A stretch of 64,000 nucleotides of DNA from the human T2T-CHM13v2.0 reference genome, Homo sapiens, in NCBI RefSeq assembly GCF_009914755.1, contig NC_060925.1. One strand, written 5' to 3'. Position 1 is the first letter of the stretch, and each line of letters begins with the position of its first letter. Of this stretch, positions 39,106 to 51,370 are shown piece by piece. The translations under genes were made by a program, and so were the position numbers. Under the pieces are notes generated by a model. The model ran no database searches and was not told where the DNA came from. It saw only the letters and a program-made list of their open reading frames with translations.

Positions 39106-42100
39106 TTATGATGTTTCATACAATGGTGTTTGTTGACAGAAAAAAATGTCAAACAACAAAGGAAAATACTCAAATAATATTTGCGTATTTATAAATTCTC
39201 AATATGTTACATAATGCAAGACCAAAGAATCTCTGATGCAGATATAGTCAGTTTGTGTTTTAGTTCAGTCTTTTAGCTTCTATTAAATGTGGAAGAAAAT
39301 ACTCTTTTATTTATTTTTGTTTGCTGTTTTGGATGGTTTGGAAGTACAAGAAGTAAAAAGCATACAAATATTTGAAATAAGTGCCAGCTTTGAATCTTCT
39401 CTACAATCTACTGTCCTTTGTTCTGTTGGGAACACATGTCAGCTGACTTCACTAATGATTCCTCTCTAATAATAATGCTTACTATGTTTCAGGGGTGTTA
39501 AGCCACCTCTTCCCTAATATTCAGGTTTCACCAGGTCTCCTGACTCTTGGAGGGACTGGAGATGGTGATGATTACAGTCATATGTCCCCGATTTATTTTA
39601 CTTCCACTCAAAGATAAGATTTCTCCCCCAACCTCTTAGCTCTCTATTTAGGTGCCAAGTTAGGCCAAGTCTTTTTCTTCTATGCACCTAGATTAGTAAT
39701 TAAAATCACCTGTCACAGAGTTACAAATGCCTTCATGCTCCATTCATATGTGCAAAAAAAAAATGTAGCTTCTTTATTATGTTACAAAATGCTCCCATTG
39801 TCATCAAACGCCACCATTCATTGGAAGCAGGATAAAGCGGAATAAAGCAAAAAAAAAAAAAGAAAGAAAGAAAAGAAAAACTTAGCTTGCTTACTTTTTT
39901 CAGGATTGATTACAGTTTAATGCAATAATTGAAATAATCTACATATCCCAGGCACTTATGAATATATTTCTTAGTCTCCTGCTCTTCAAAAGCAGGCACC
40001 TGGGTGTGCAGTGGGGGCCCACACAATAGAAATGAACACGTGGGCTCCTCACCCGTCTTTTGCTCCTCTTGTACTGCAGCAATGTCTTGTCTCTCCCGAC
40101 ACCACCTTGTGTTGCTGCCTTCTGATCCTCAAATCTCAGCTGACGGGACAGGTGGTCCTCCCTGCTGACCCCCTTCACCTCTCCTGGGAATGTGAAAGCC
40201 CTGAGATCTCAATGGGACTCGAATTTGGTTCCCAGCCAGATAGTATGCCCTGAAGTTCACAACCACAAGGCACTTTCACACCAACCACTGGACTCCCCTC
40301 TTGTAATCCTAGATTCTCAGTAATATTACATCCTCCATTTGGAACAAATAGGAATTGCTGAGTCCTGCCCATGCTACCTGGGAGCCCAACTTAGTTAGGA
40401 AGATCTAAGCTCAAGTGCTCTCTCTGCCTGTCAGAGCAACCTTTTTGGCACTGATGCCACCTTCTGCTGGTGCCCTACCAGTCTGCAGGACATGCTTCTT
40501 CTGTCAGAGTCCCAAACCTAAAACTAGGACTGAAACCTTGCTGCCCTCATTTCCCCAGCACAGCTGCCTTTTACACCTCATCTAGTCTTGTAGCTACATC
40601 CAGCTGATTTAAAAACTGATTTCATCTTTAGGATATTCACTGAACACTTTAGATGTACTACATACTGTGCACTACACAGGGGTACAATGTCAAGTAAGGT
40701 AGGCCCTCTGTTTCTAATCACGTAAGAAGGTTATTATAAAAATATGTGTTTTATGGTGTGTTGAGATAGAGAGGCAAGGCTTCCTGTGTACCCATAGAAG
40801 AGCTATTGAACTAGCCTGGCAGATGGGGCTTCAGAGGAGGCTTCCTGGGATAGGAGACATCCATTCTTACCAACAGCAATTACCTCTGCTCCCACCCAAA
40901 GGCATGTGTTGTCGATGTCTTGTTAATATACTAGTGGATTCACTGCTTGGGGACTTTTGGAGAGCTCTGCAACCTTTTAGCTGTGGCCTCCAAATAATTT
41001 TCACATAGTAGATTCAGTGGTAAGGAAACCAGTTCTACTGCGTCTGATCAATTCTTTCAAAGACTACAAAATCAGTCTCCGAGTTTACATCTGGGATGGG
41101 ATAGCTTGCAGGAGCCTTTTGAGGAGATTCTGAGCACTTCCTTAGCAGATGAGCCAGAAATGAGAACAGCTGTTCTCCACAGAGTTTTGACATTTCTGGT
41201 CTCCGCAAACCATACAGAGCTGAAAAAAATAAAAATAAAAAGGGTGAGAGAGATAGTAGAAATGGGAAGGAATATAGGGTATTTCCCCCCAAAAAAATAG
41301 GTTGATTATGATATTATGTAAAATATATTAGAAAGAAATAATCCCATTCCCCAAATTTATAATTTTAGTTTTTGTATCCCTGGCTTAGAGTTAAAAATAT
41401 AGTCTCTCTCCCCCCAGCTCTCTCCCCTCCCCCAACTTGGCAATTTAGTGCAATCATATCACTGGAGACATTGTTTTTCTCATCTGTCACAATTTGTTGT
41501 TTATTTAAATACGGAATCAAGAAATTCACATTGAAATTAAACATCTTGTTTCCTATGGCTGAAAGCCAGCAAGAATTTGTCTTTGGAAGGCTGATTACAA
41601 AACACGAAACAGCATTTTTGTGTAATGTCTTTCCTACTGATTTCATCAAGTGATTAGTATCTGATTATGACTGAGCCACTAGACATGTGCGTATATTAAA
41701 AAATAGCTTAGGTATCTTAATACACAATATATCCAGAATAGAATTAATGTGTATTGAAGTAGCTTGTGTTTCCAATATGGCATCTGAGGTTAATCAGAAC
41801 CTCAAGTTTAAGGAAGAGAAAGGATGCCCTTGGAAAGACAATAAAAACATCCATTACAGGACTTACGTTTTCTCTGCCTTGTCCCCCAAGCTTATTCAGT
41901 CCCCATGTGTCACATGTCCAGCATAGACCTGTGTGGTCTATGGCACTAATTCCTGGGGAAACATCCAAATTGCAGATTATCTCCAAAGCCATTTGACTAT
42001 TTTCCCACTGTCTTCTCCTTTAGGCTACCATTGAAATGGAAAATTTGCTGGAGAAAGTTGATTAAGTAACATTTCACGGAAGAGGAGAATTGTAATAACC

Positions 42101-42669
42101 ATTTGATAGAAGAGAGATGTCCTTGAACTCAATCTATCCTGAAGATGCTCCTGAGAGGGCAAACAAATAACATCTCTCTGGAAGGATGCCTGCCTTTGTC
42201 AAAGCTTTCAAATCTGTATGACTTCTATCTTTCCTTGGCTTCCCTTACTCAATTAGTCAAGGATCCTTGTGGATGTTTAACATAAAATGTCACTCACATC
42301 TGCCCTCCTCCTCAACTTTCCATTCCATCCTCTCCACAGATGCCTGATGCATTTTCTTCTGACTCAGTCTTCTGTTTTTCATGGAGAACACAGAGCAAGA
42401 CAGAAGCTCCCAACTGTGGCATCCAAGAGCAACTTGAGCTGCTCCCTTACTTATCTCTGGTAATGATTTGAATCCTTTGCTTTTGCCAGACTGACTCATC
42501 TAGTCATTGCTCCCCAAATATTCATTTCCCCATTATTTCTTGTGGCCTAAGCACCAAATTTTGTTCTTTCAAAATCTACTCTTCCTTCAGGTCTGGCTCA
42601 AACTCTTTGTGATGACTGTTCTACCATATGGCTTAATAGCTAAGTACACATGCATTGACCTCAAGCCTT

Positions 42670-43071
42670 CCCACAGCTCAGGTTCCTGAGGCACAGACTC
42701 TGGATGGAAATTAGCACATAATAGGTTTATTAGAAAGTGCTCTTGGAATTAACATCTTTGGAGGAAGAAAAGAAGCAATATTGTCCAGAGAGGGAAGTTG
42801 AACTGCAATGAAGTTGCCACAGAGGCTTCAATGAATCCTTCTGGGAGTAGAGCTGGGATGACCTTTCCAGAGTTTTCCAATTAAGGGAATTGTATCTCAC
42901 CTCAATCTCTAGTCTGAACCTTGGGTGAGGCAGCTTCTTTCAGCCAATGGCAATTCCTGGAGGCACCAGGAGTTATGAGCAGTCAACACTCTTTCTTTGC
43001 TCCTGAGAAAATTGAGTGCCCTCTTTGGTCCTGAAAGCAGCTCTGGGCAGCACTCCACAGCATCCACTACA
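42670..43071 (-). mobile_element. LTR16-family (ERVL) LTR
   Basis: Reverse complement starts TGTAGTGGATGCTGTGGAGTGCTGCCCAGA; internal 'gagggaagttgaactgcaatg' and 'accttgggtgaggcagct'. Confidence 0.75.
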
Positions 43072-43659
43072 GACTTAGTGAGTTCACCCTGGCTCTCCCA
43101 CTTACAGATTGCAGGTAAGTTTCTTAACTTCCCTATGCCCTTATCATCACTGCTACTAAAAACCTACATATGCTGCCTTCTGTTGTCATTTTAAAAATCT
43201 AATTATGACTCACATCACAATTGTTCACAACACACAACCATTGAGAACCATGGAGCTGGGTTATGAAGTCTCTAAGGGAAGAGATTGTATCATTTTCATC
43301 TTCATACCACCCACCTCCTCCCATACAAGGAAATTTTGTCATTGTAAATTTGTCTTGATTTGCTATTTTTTGGGTTTAGCTCTGAAGTCATGAATTAGTA
43401 AAGAGAGATATAAGACAAATTTTCGGGCTATTTTTATAAATTCAGTATTGAAAAGAGATTCCCATTTCCCAGCTTTGAGACCTTTTATTTTAAGCAATAT
43501 TTGTTAGCAGAAAATGTCTGTTCTGAAAGAGGTGTGCCATGAGGTCATGTTGACTTATCTCCCTTAATTTCCCTAATGTCCCCTTCTCTTCAACTTCTCT
43601 TCACTGCTTTCTTTAAGAGTTTTCAGATTGCCAGAGCCTTTCTACTAGTTTATTTGCCA

Positions 43660-44035
43660 TTGTTCTGTCCCCTACTCCAGCTACCCACCAAACTACAACT
43701 AACACCATCATTGTTGCTCATCACAAATCTGATCATATGGTTTTTAAATTTCTCTTTTGCTTACAGAATCAAATCCAAAATCCTCACTTTGGCATTCAGA
43801 AGGTCTTTGCAATGGGCCTTCTCAGCACCTTCCGCTAAATCCCCCAGCCTTCTGGCCCCTTCCACCTTCTCCAATGAATGCTAAGCTCCAGCCACATTGA
43901 CCTACTCATTTCCTGCAATATATTATGTAGCCTTTCTTGTCTTTAAAATTGCTTTTTCTAAGTGTGCCTTTTCCCTCATTTCTCTCATTGGCACATAGTT
44001 GGTGTTAAATCAATATCTGATAAATAATAAATTAA
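43660..44035 (+). mobile_element. L2 3' fragment
   Basis: 'cagaatcaaatccaaaatcctcactttggcattca...ctccagccacattg...ggcacatagttggtg'. Confidence 0.6.
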
Positions 44036-45990
44036 TGCATACATGGTGAAAATTTTCTAAATTTTAAAGTTCTCTGCCCATGGAGTAGAAGAACATAGCA
44101 TCTGACATTTTGGCAATATATGGACACATAAATGAATCAATCATAAAGAAATAATAACTTCTGAAAATCCAGCCCATATAAACAGTTATTTCTAGATCCA
44201 CCGAGCTTCTGCGTGCTGGGCCAGGAAGATGCCTTTGATGGCTAGGGGATATGTAGGTTTCTGGGTTATGTTCCAGCTGTCACTCTGTGCAGGGCCTCTG
44301 GGGTTCTGCACCTGAATAAACGGTTAAATCTTCAATCCTAATATGGCTGGGCATCCAGTTAGTCATGACTGAGACAAAGGGTAAGGAAGGTGAGTACCTC
44401 TGTGAACAGTGGTTAGTTTGTTTGGGCATTCAACCAAAAGGGTACTCAGGGTCTTTGAGACACCTGCAGAGGGAATTATCCATCAACCAGGCACATAAGT
44501 GGAGGGGACAAGCTCATGAAAGAAAAACATCACCCTGAAGACGGGTAGCTGGGAGGCAGGCGAGGGAAGCTAACAAAACACCCTTCTTTTATGAGTCACT
44601 TTTTTAAGGTCTTGCTTAAATTTTTTGTTTAAAAAAATTATGATTTAAAAGGTTCAAACAGCCTAGGGAAGTAAATCCATGCATACTTCCAACATTAGTT
44701 AATATTTACTAAGAAATCATAGGTTACAACAAATTAAACTTTTTGGCTCTCTTACTGAGCTTTTCTGGCCAACCATGTTAGGGACTGTTCCTACAGATAG
44801 TTTATAACTATTTTTTTACCCCTCTAAGCAACTAAAGTGCAACGAATCAGAAGAACTCTGGGTCCATGTGGTTCTTAAGCCAGGGTCTTTGGAAAATGGA
44901 TTTGAGGTTGAGGAATGGATCAATGTGAACAGGCAGACACTAGACGTGCCCGCTAATAACTGGGAAAAGTGAGTTAGATTTCTCCTTGTTTGAGGTGGAA
45001 TTCCTTCATATAAACCTGGGCACCCTCAGAGAGAAATGCTTTATAGTCCAAACTGATGTTTATTTTGGACTCTGTTTCTCTTTCAGCTTTCAGTTGCGAC
45101 CTTAGGAATGAGCTCACAATTGGAAGCAAATCTGTCTTCTGTTTCTACTGTTAAAGAATTACCTACCCACTGACAAAAACACATAGGATTAACAATGGCT
45201 TTGTCCCAGATAGATGCTTTTTGGAATTGTACAAACTGTATTTATGATGCTTGTACATTTTGGTCCAACTTTTAAATATTTCAATAAGACTGATTGAATT
45301 CTTAGTAAATAGAATACTTCCTCTGTTCAGTTTTGCTCTGTTGAATGCTGGAAGTTTGGTGAGTCTGACCCACTACACGTATCTCAGATGATTTAAAAAC
45401 AAAGGCAGGCCATTTGGTTTTGATGCTGTGTCTGTTTTGGGCAGTGTCTCAGATTGAAATCCTGTGAATAAAAAGTGGTTCTGAAAAGTTATTCTTAGCC
45501 ACTTAGGTATAGGCTCTTAGTCTTGAGAAATGGGTAAGGCTTCTGAATGTCTGATTTAGTCATACAAATCATCATTTGGCATATCTCTTTTGTGGATTTT
45601 TATTGGTATTGATTCAAAAACATTTTCAAAATTACTAAAGAGAGTACTAGTGCATTTGTACTTCATTGGTTGGATCCTTGAACAGACTGCAAGTTATTTA
45701 CATTGGAGTTGACATTTCCCAGATTCTCTGGAAGCGATAAAGAGGGTAGAAGGAACTAACATGTATTTATTCATTTGTTTTACCAACAAACTTTTAGTTG
45801 GTAAAACACTAACACAACAAACCTTTAGTCATTCAAACACTGAGCTGCATGTTTTACACAGAACAACTACCTTACTCCCCTTAACAATTCTATAAAACCC
45901 ATTTTATAGATAGAGACTCAGAGAGGTTAAGTAACTTGTAAATGAAGGAACTAGTAATTGGAGAACTTGAAATTTAAATTTAGATCTACT

Positions 45991-46346
<356 letters not shown>

Positions 46347-47207
46347 TCACAAATGTGTTATGCATATGAAAACACGACCACTAAAGGAGGCGCTGAGGCT
46401 CTGATTTGAGCATAGCCAATCCCTCTAGCCACTAAGGGAATGAGAATATATGAAAACCACCTTCTTCCTCTTAGGGCAGTTACTGAACCTCTCTCTCCCC
46501 CATATTTCCTAGTTCTGTCTTTTTCCCACCACCCAAGATGTCTCATGAACTCCCACAACAGGCAAATTAGGGAACATCATTTTGAGAGTTCTCGCCAGGC
46601 AGGCCTCTGACACATCTCCTGGCTTTGAATATCCTCAAAACATTTCAAAAGAGAGGATTTTTAAAAGGAGGTTTAAAAAGAAGCAGACCTGGAGTTGCAC
46701 AGAGGCAGTGAAGACATCCTTGAGGTCATTCTTTCTTTTTTCTACACTGATGTATTCTCTCCAGAGTGATAATAATCTTTTTTGAAATGCAGGTCTAAGA
46801 CGGAAGGAATTTTTATCTGGAAGAGTAATATAAATTAGCTTTGACTGCCAGTTTCCACTGATTATTACTTTCCAGGCGGAATTCCTACAAATTCTTGAGG
46901 CATGACCTCCAATGAAAAAATAAAACCCCTTTAAAAACTCGTTGAGAAATTCCAGATAACTTTCACAAGAGACTTAATTTTAGAGCATTAACACAATCTT
47001 GGTTGGAAAGATAAAACTACAATGCAGTTATTTGGTAAAAGTCATTACTTCACAATGAAGTCATTGGAGATTATTTTACTGTGCTTATCTGCCCTCCCCC
47101 AGCTTTTTTTTTTTTTTTTTTGTCTTTTAAACTTGGTTCCTTACCCCCAAAACTAATTTTATTATGCATTACTCAGTGCACTCTAGATTCACCCTTATAA
47201 AAGGATA

Positions 47208-47281
47208 AAGTGTTTCCACAGATAACCAATTGGAAGCAGCCAATGTGGGACTCAACCTACCAGGGCGAGCAAACACTGTTA
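47208..47281. repeat. 74-bp dispersed direct repeat, copy 1
   Basis: Matches 47862-47935 at 70/74 positions. Confidence 0.95.
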
Positions 47282-47861
47282 CCGGTTATTACATAGTAGT
47301 AATATGTACTATGTATTATCACATACATTTGGTTTTGGAAACCACGGGAAAGTTTAAAAAAAGAAGGTATCATATGAAATAACAGACTCAAAGAGATATC
47401 TGTGTTTTTTTGGAAGAGGTTTAGGTGTGGAGGAAGTGAGAGCATGAATACTGGTGTTTACCGAGAGCCTAATAGGTAACGGGGTGGTGTTGAGTCATCC
47501 CCATTGGACAGATGGGGAAAGTTCAAATCAGAAAGGTGAAGTGATTTGTCCAAGGACTTGCAACTTTTAAATAGTGGAGCGGCAGCAACTCGAGTCCAGG
47601 AATGTCTGACTGTAAAGTTGGTTCTCTTCCCACTGTAGAGTGTTGCCCTTTCATGAGCTGGCCTAAGTTTAGATGGGAAAACATGAAGACTGGAGCCACA
47701 TGTGCAAAATATATCAATGGTTCAGAATGGCCTGAAGGGAAAATGTTATCACTACCTACCACTTGCCCTAAAATTTTCACTTACTTGAAGCTGACTAGTT
47801 TTTTCTTGAAGCTGATTTTTTTGGTTGTACATATATATGCACACACACATAGGTATGTATG

Positions 47862-47935
47862 AAGTGTTTCCTCAGATAACCAGTCGGAAGCAGCCAATGT
47901 GGGACTCAACCTACCAGGGTGAGCAAACACTGTTA
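47862..47935. repeat. 74-bp dispersed direct repeat, copy 2
   Basis: Matches 47208-47281 at 70/74 positions. Confidence 0.95.
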
Positions 47936-47949
47936 TAGGCTTGCTGAAA

Positions 47950-48246
47950 TATATATATTTGAGACAGAGTCTCGCTCTGTCACCCAGGTTGGAGTGCAGT
48001 GGTACAATCACAGCTAACTGCACCCATAGTCTCCTGGGCTCAGGCTATCTTCCCATCCCACCTCAGCCTCTTGAGTAGCAGGGTCTACAGGCAAGTGCCA
48101 CTATGCCCACCTAATATGTTTAGTTTTTGCAGGGACAAGGTATATCTATGTTCCCCAGGCTGGTCTCAAACTCCTTGGCTCAAGGGATCCTCCCACCTCG
48201 GCCTCCCAAAGTGATGGGATACAGGTGTGAGCCACTGTGCCTGGCC
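47950..48246 (-). mobile_element. Alu (AluJ)
   Basis: Antisense dimer with 'ctcctgggctcag' and 'ggctcaagggatcctcccacc'; short TA-type tail. Confidence 0.95.
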
Positions 48247-48494
48247 TATATTCAGTATTTGTATACAAATACAATCATAAGGAAAAGTATGGTTAAATTA
48301 TTATCTTTTGGGGCATTTACATGAAGAAGCATGATTGTCTTGTGAAAATAATGGTTATTTTTAAATAGAATTTATCTTTCCTGTCAATTTTTAAAAATTT
48401 TTACTTATGGCCCATGAACAGGTGGAAAAGAGATTTATAAAAGAGGGAAAAAAGGGGGGACGCTTTGTGAACCTATGAGATTCTTTATCCTAAC

Positions 48495-48797
48495 TTTTTT
48501 TTTTTTTTTTTTTTTGAGATGGAGTCTCGCTCTGTCGCCCAGGCTGGAGTGCAGTGGCGCATTCTGGGCTCACTGCAAGCTCTGCCTCCTGGGTTCACGC
48601 CATTCTCCTGCCTCAGCCTCCTGAGTAGCTGGGACTACAGGCACCTGCCACCATGCCTGGCTAATTTTTTTGTATTTTTAGTAGAGACGGGGTTTCACTG
48701 TGTTAGCCAAGATGGTCTCAATCTCCTGACCTCGGGATCCGCCTGTCTCGGCCTCCCTAAGTGCTGGGATTACAGGAGTGAGCCACCGTGCCCGGCC
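48495..48797 (-). mobile_element. AluY
   Basis: 'ctgcaagctctgcc', 'gggttcacgccattctcc', 'tgttagcca.gatggtctc'; pure T tail; TSD TATCCTAAC at 48486 and 48798. Confidence 0.95.
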
Positions 48798-48905
48798 TAT
48801 CCTAACATTTCCTAATGTCCTGAGAGTTCAGAATTAGCCAGTGATGGAAATTATCTTTTAGATATTTCAAAGTTTGCTTCCTCTTTTCAAGAATATTTAT
48901 ATTTT

Positions 48906-49030
48906 CAGTAGTGGTGGCATGCACCTGCAGTCCCAGCTACTCAGGAGGCCTAGATGACAGGATCACTTAAGCCCAGGAATTCGAGACCAGCCTGGACAAC
49001 ATAGCAAGACTCCACCTCTAAAAAAAAAAA
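48906..49030 (+). mobile_element. FLAM_A-like free Alu monomer
   Basis: Monomer 'gtggcatgcacctgcagtcccagctact...aagcccaggaattcgagaccagcctgg...' plus poly-A; TSD AAGAATATT(T/C)ATATTTT at 48889 and 49030. Confidence 0.85.
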
Positions 49031-50424
49031 AGAATATTCATATTTTACTGGTTGGCATACATGAAATCAAAATGGGTTGTCTTTTCAATAACGATTCAAC
49101 ATTATTTATTCTTCAGCAGTAAAATTCCACAGCATGAATTACATTACATAATCTACTCATTAAGCTTATTGGTTGAGCATCCTATTTATTCAAGGCAAAA
49201 GAGATACAAAATAAATAAACGCATACTTTTCCCCAAGGTATTCACAGTAATCTAAGAAAACAGGTACAAAAAGACGTAATTATGGTACAGAATGGTGAAG
49301 CTCATGTCTGACATATAAACATGTGAGGGAGCATAATTGGGCTTTCCAAATTTCAAGCTATCTAGAAATAAGAACTATATAGAAGAAAAATTGTACTAGA
49401 ATAAAAGGAATTTGTGATTATAGAGCATGGGAAAAATGTAAGTTTATTTGCAATTCTATTTAGACCATGCTTTTATTGTAAAATATTTTTCAATAAACCA
49501 CAAAAAAATCCAAAGTAATTTTATTTGCATTATACCTCTTAATCTTGTAGTGTTTCTGAGACATGGAAAAAGACAAGTGCTTTTATTTCTAATTTATAAA
49601 TAAATGTGTATCTTAACTTCAGTTACTCAATTGCCCCCCAGAAAATATAACATAACCCTATTCAATAAGATTCTTTAAAAATTTTACAACTCTGAAAAGC
49701 TCTTCTATACTCTCCTATTTTTAACTAACAGTTATTTTTAAATGTACATTTTAATTCTTTTTCTCATTTTTGATACCTGATATATTTTAAATGCCTCTCT
49801 TTTTTATCACTTGCAAAAAGTGGCCAGTAACTAATTCTCCCTTCTCAAATTCCTTTTTGATTTTACAATAGTTCATATTTGTTTTGAATTTTTTAAAAAA
49901 TACATGATACAGATAAGCAAAAACAAAGAAAAGACAGAATGAAAAAGAGAGAGAGAGAGAGAACTGGGGGTAGGGGCTCTAATTAGAAAAAGGAACTTCT
50001 GGAACAAGCAAAAAGGGGTGTGCATAGCAAGGCAGCATTGCCAGCAGTGTTAAGGGTGCACATGCTTCCTGACTTTCTCCCTGTGATGATCCTATTATTC
50101 TACAATTCTTAAATGTAGGTCCATCTATTATACTTATTTCTTTCTACTTCATTTGTACTTACCTCAGCTCAGAGGTGCTTCAATAACTGTTAACTGATCT
50201 TGCTTCTATCTCTCTCCATCCATTCAGATTACATTGCCTAAATTAGTATTTTCCAAGAGTCACTCTTCTGGGCAAGTATTTTCATTACCTTCACTGGTCT
50301 TATAGTATAGAATACCACTCCAGGCCCTGAGCATATTCTAACAGTAAGTTAATTTCAGCCTTATTTTTCACTATTCCCCTCTCCACCCCTGCTTTCCACA
50401 GCCCAGAAGCTCCTTATGTTGGTG

Positions 50425-50670
50425 AGGTGTAGGAGGAGCACGGTCCTCAGAATGAAACTGATCTGGGTGCAAATCCTGGCTTCATCACTACAGAGAGGTT
50501 GTGAATCTAGGCAAGTTTCCATATCTCTCTGAGTCTCAATTTTTTTTCATTTATGGAATAAACATAATATTTTTCACCTTGCAGGAACGTGTGGAGGACA
50601 CATGAGAAAGGTATCCAAACATACATTGCCTAGTGTGGGGCACACCTTAGGTTCTCATTAAGAGTTAGTT
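50425..50670 (+). mobile_element. MIR
   Basis: 'ctgggtgcaaatcctggcttcatcact...ggcaagtttccatatctctctgagtctcaattt'. Confidence 0.7.
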
Positions 50671-51139
50671 TCTTTTCTCTCCAGTCAGATTGTCCCTTTC
50701 CCTTTTTCACCTCCAATCTTTGTCTGGGATGCCCACTTTTTCACATCCTTCTATTCTTGATGTTTTTCTCCTCTTTGAAGATCTTCTAGGTCATTCCAGC
50801 TCACAGGAATTCCTCTGCTTCCTCTAAATGCCTAATGCATTACATGCATTAGCCATTCACCACTCGTTGGTGGGATCTTTGAGATCTTTCTTGATATGCT
50901 GTCATGTTTTATTATTATTCTCCTGTATACAGTCCTCCCTGCATTCCTGCTTTGTTTCACAAAATAGACTATGAGCTCACCAAAAATAGGTCTATTCACT
51001 CTGTATTCTCAGTACCTCACACATTTCCAGAAGTATAGAAAATGCTCCACTATCTCTTTATTGAATTGATTTTTATATTTTATTATCTTCCCTAGGTCTT
51101 CCCTTGAATCTTAAATCATGAAATATTAATAATTAATCA

Positions 51140-51370
51140 ATCAATTCATTTATTTATTTGTGCGTTTGTTTTCAACAACAATGTATTGGATGTTTACAAT
51201 GTTCCAGGCACTGATCTAGTTACTCAAGACATAGCTATAAACTAAATAGACAAGTTTTTTGCTTTCATGGATTATCTTATAGTCTAGTGGGTAATAAAAA
51301 CAATACAAATGTAGATTAATAAATAATTTAAGAGTCATGACTACTCTGAGGGAAATAAAACCAGGTGACA
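51140..51370 (-). mobile_element. L2 3' fragment
   Basis: 'caacaatgtattggatgtttacaatgttccaggcactg...atcttatagtctagtggg'. Confidence 0.65.

Noticed and set aside
43090-43120. Apparent 7-nt microexon (cttacag|ATTGCAG|gtaagt)
   Set aside because: Lies in a degraded MIR-like segment; no supporting gene context.
47208-47935. CRISPR-like array or C/D snoRNA interpretation of the 74-bp repeat
   Set aside because: Only two copies with a 580-bp spacer in eukaryotic DNA; no box C (RTGATGA) on either strand.
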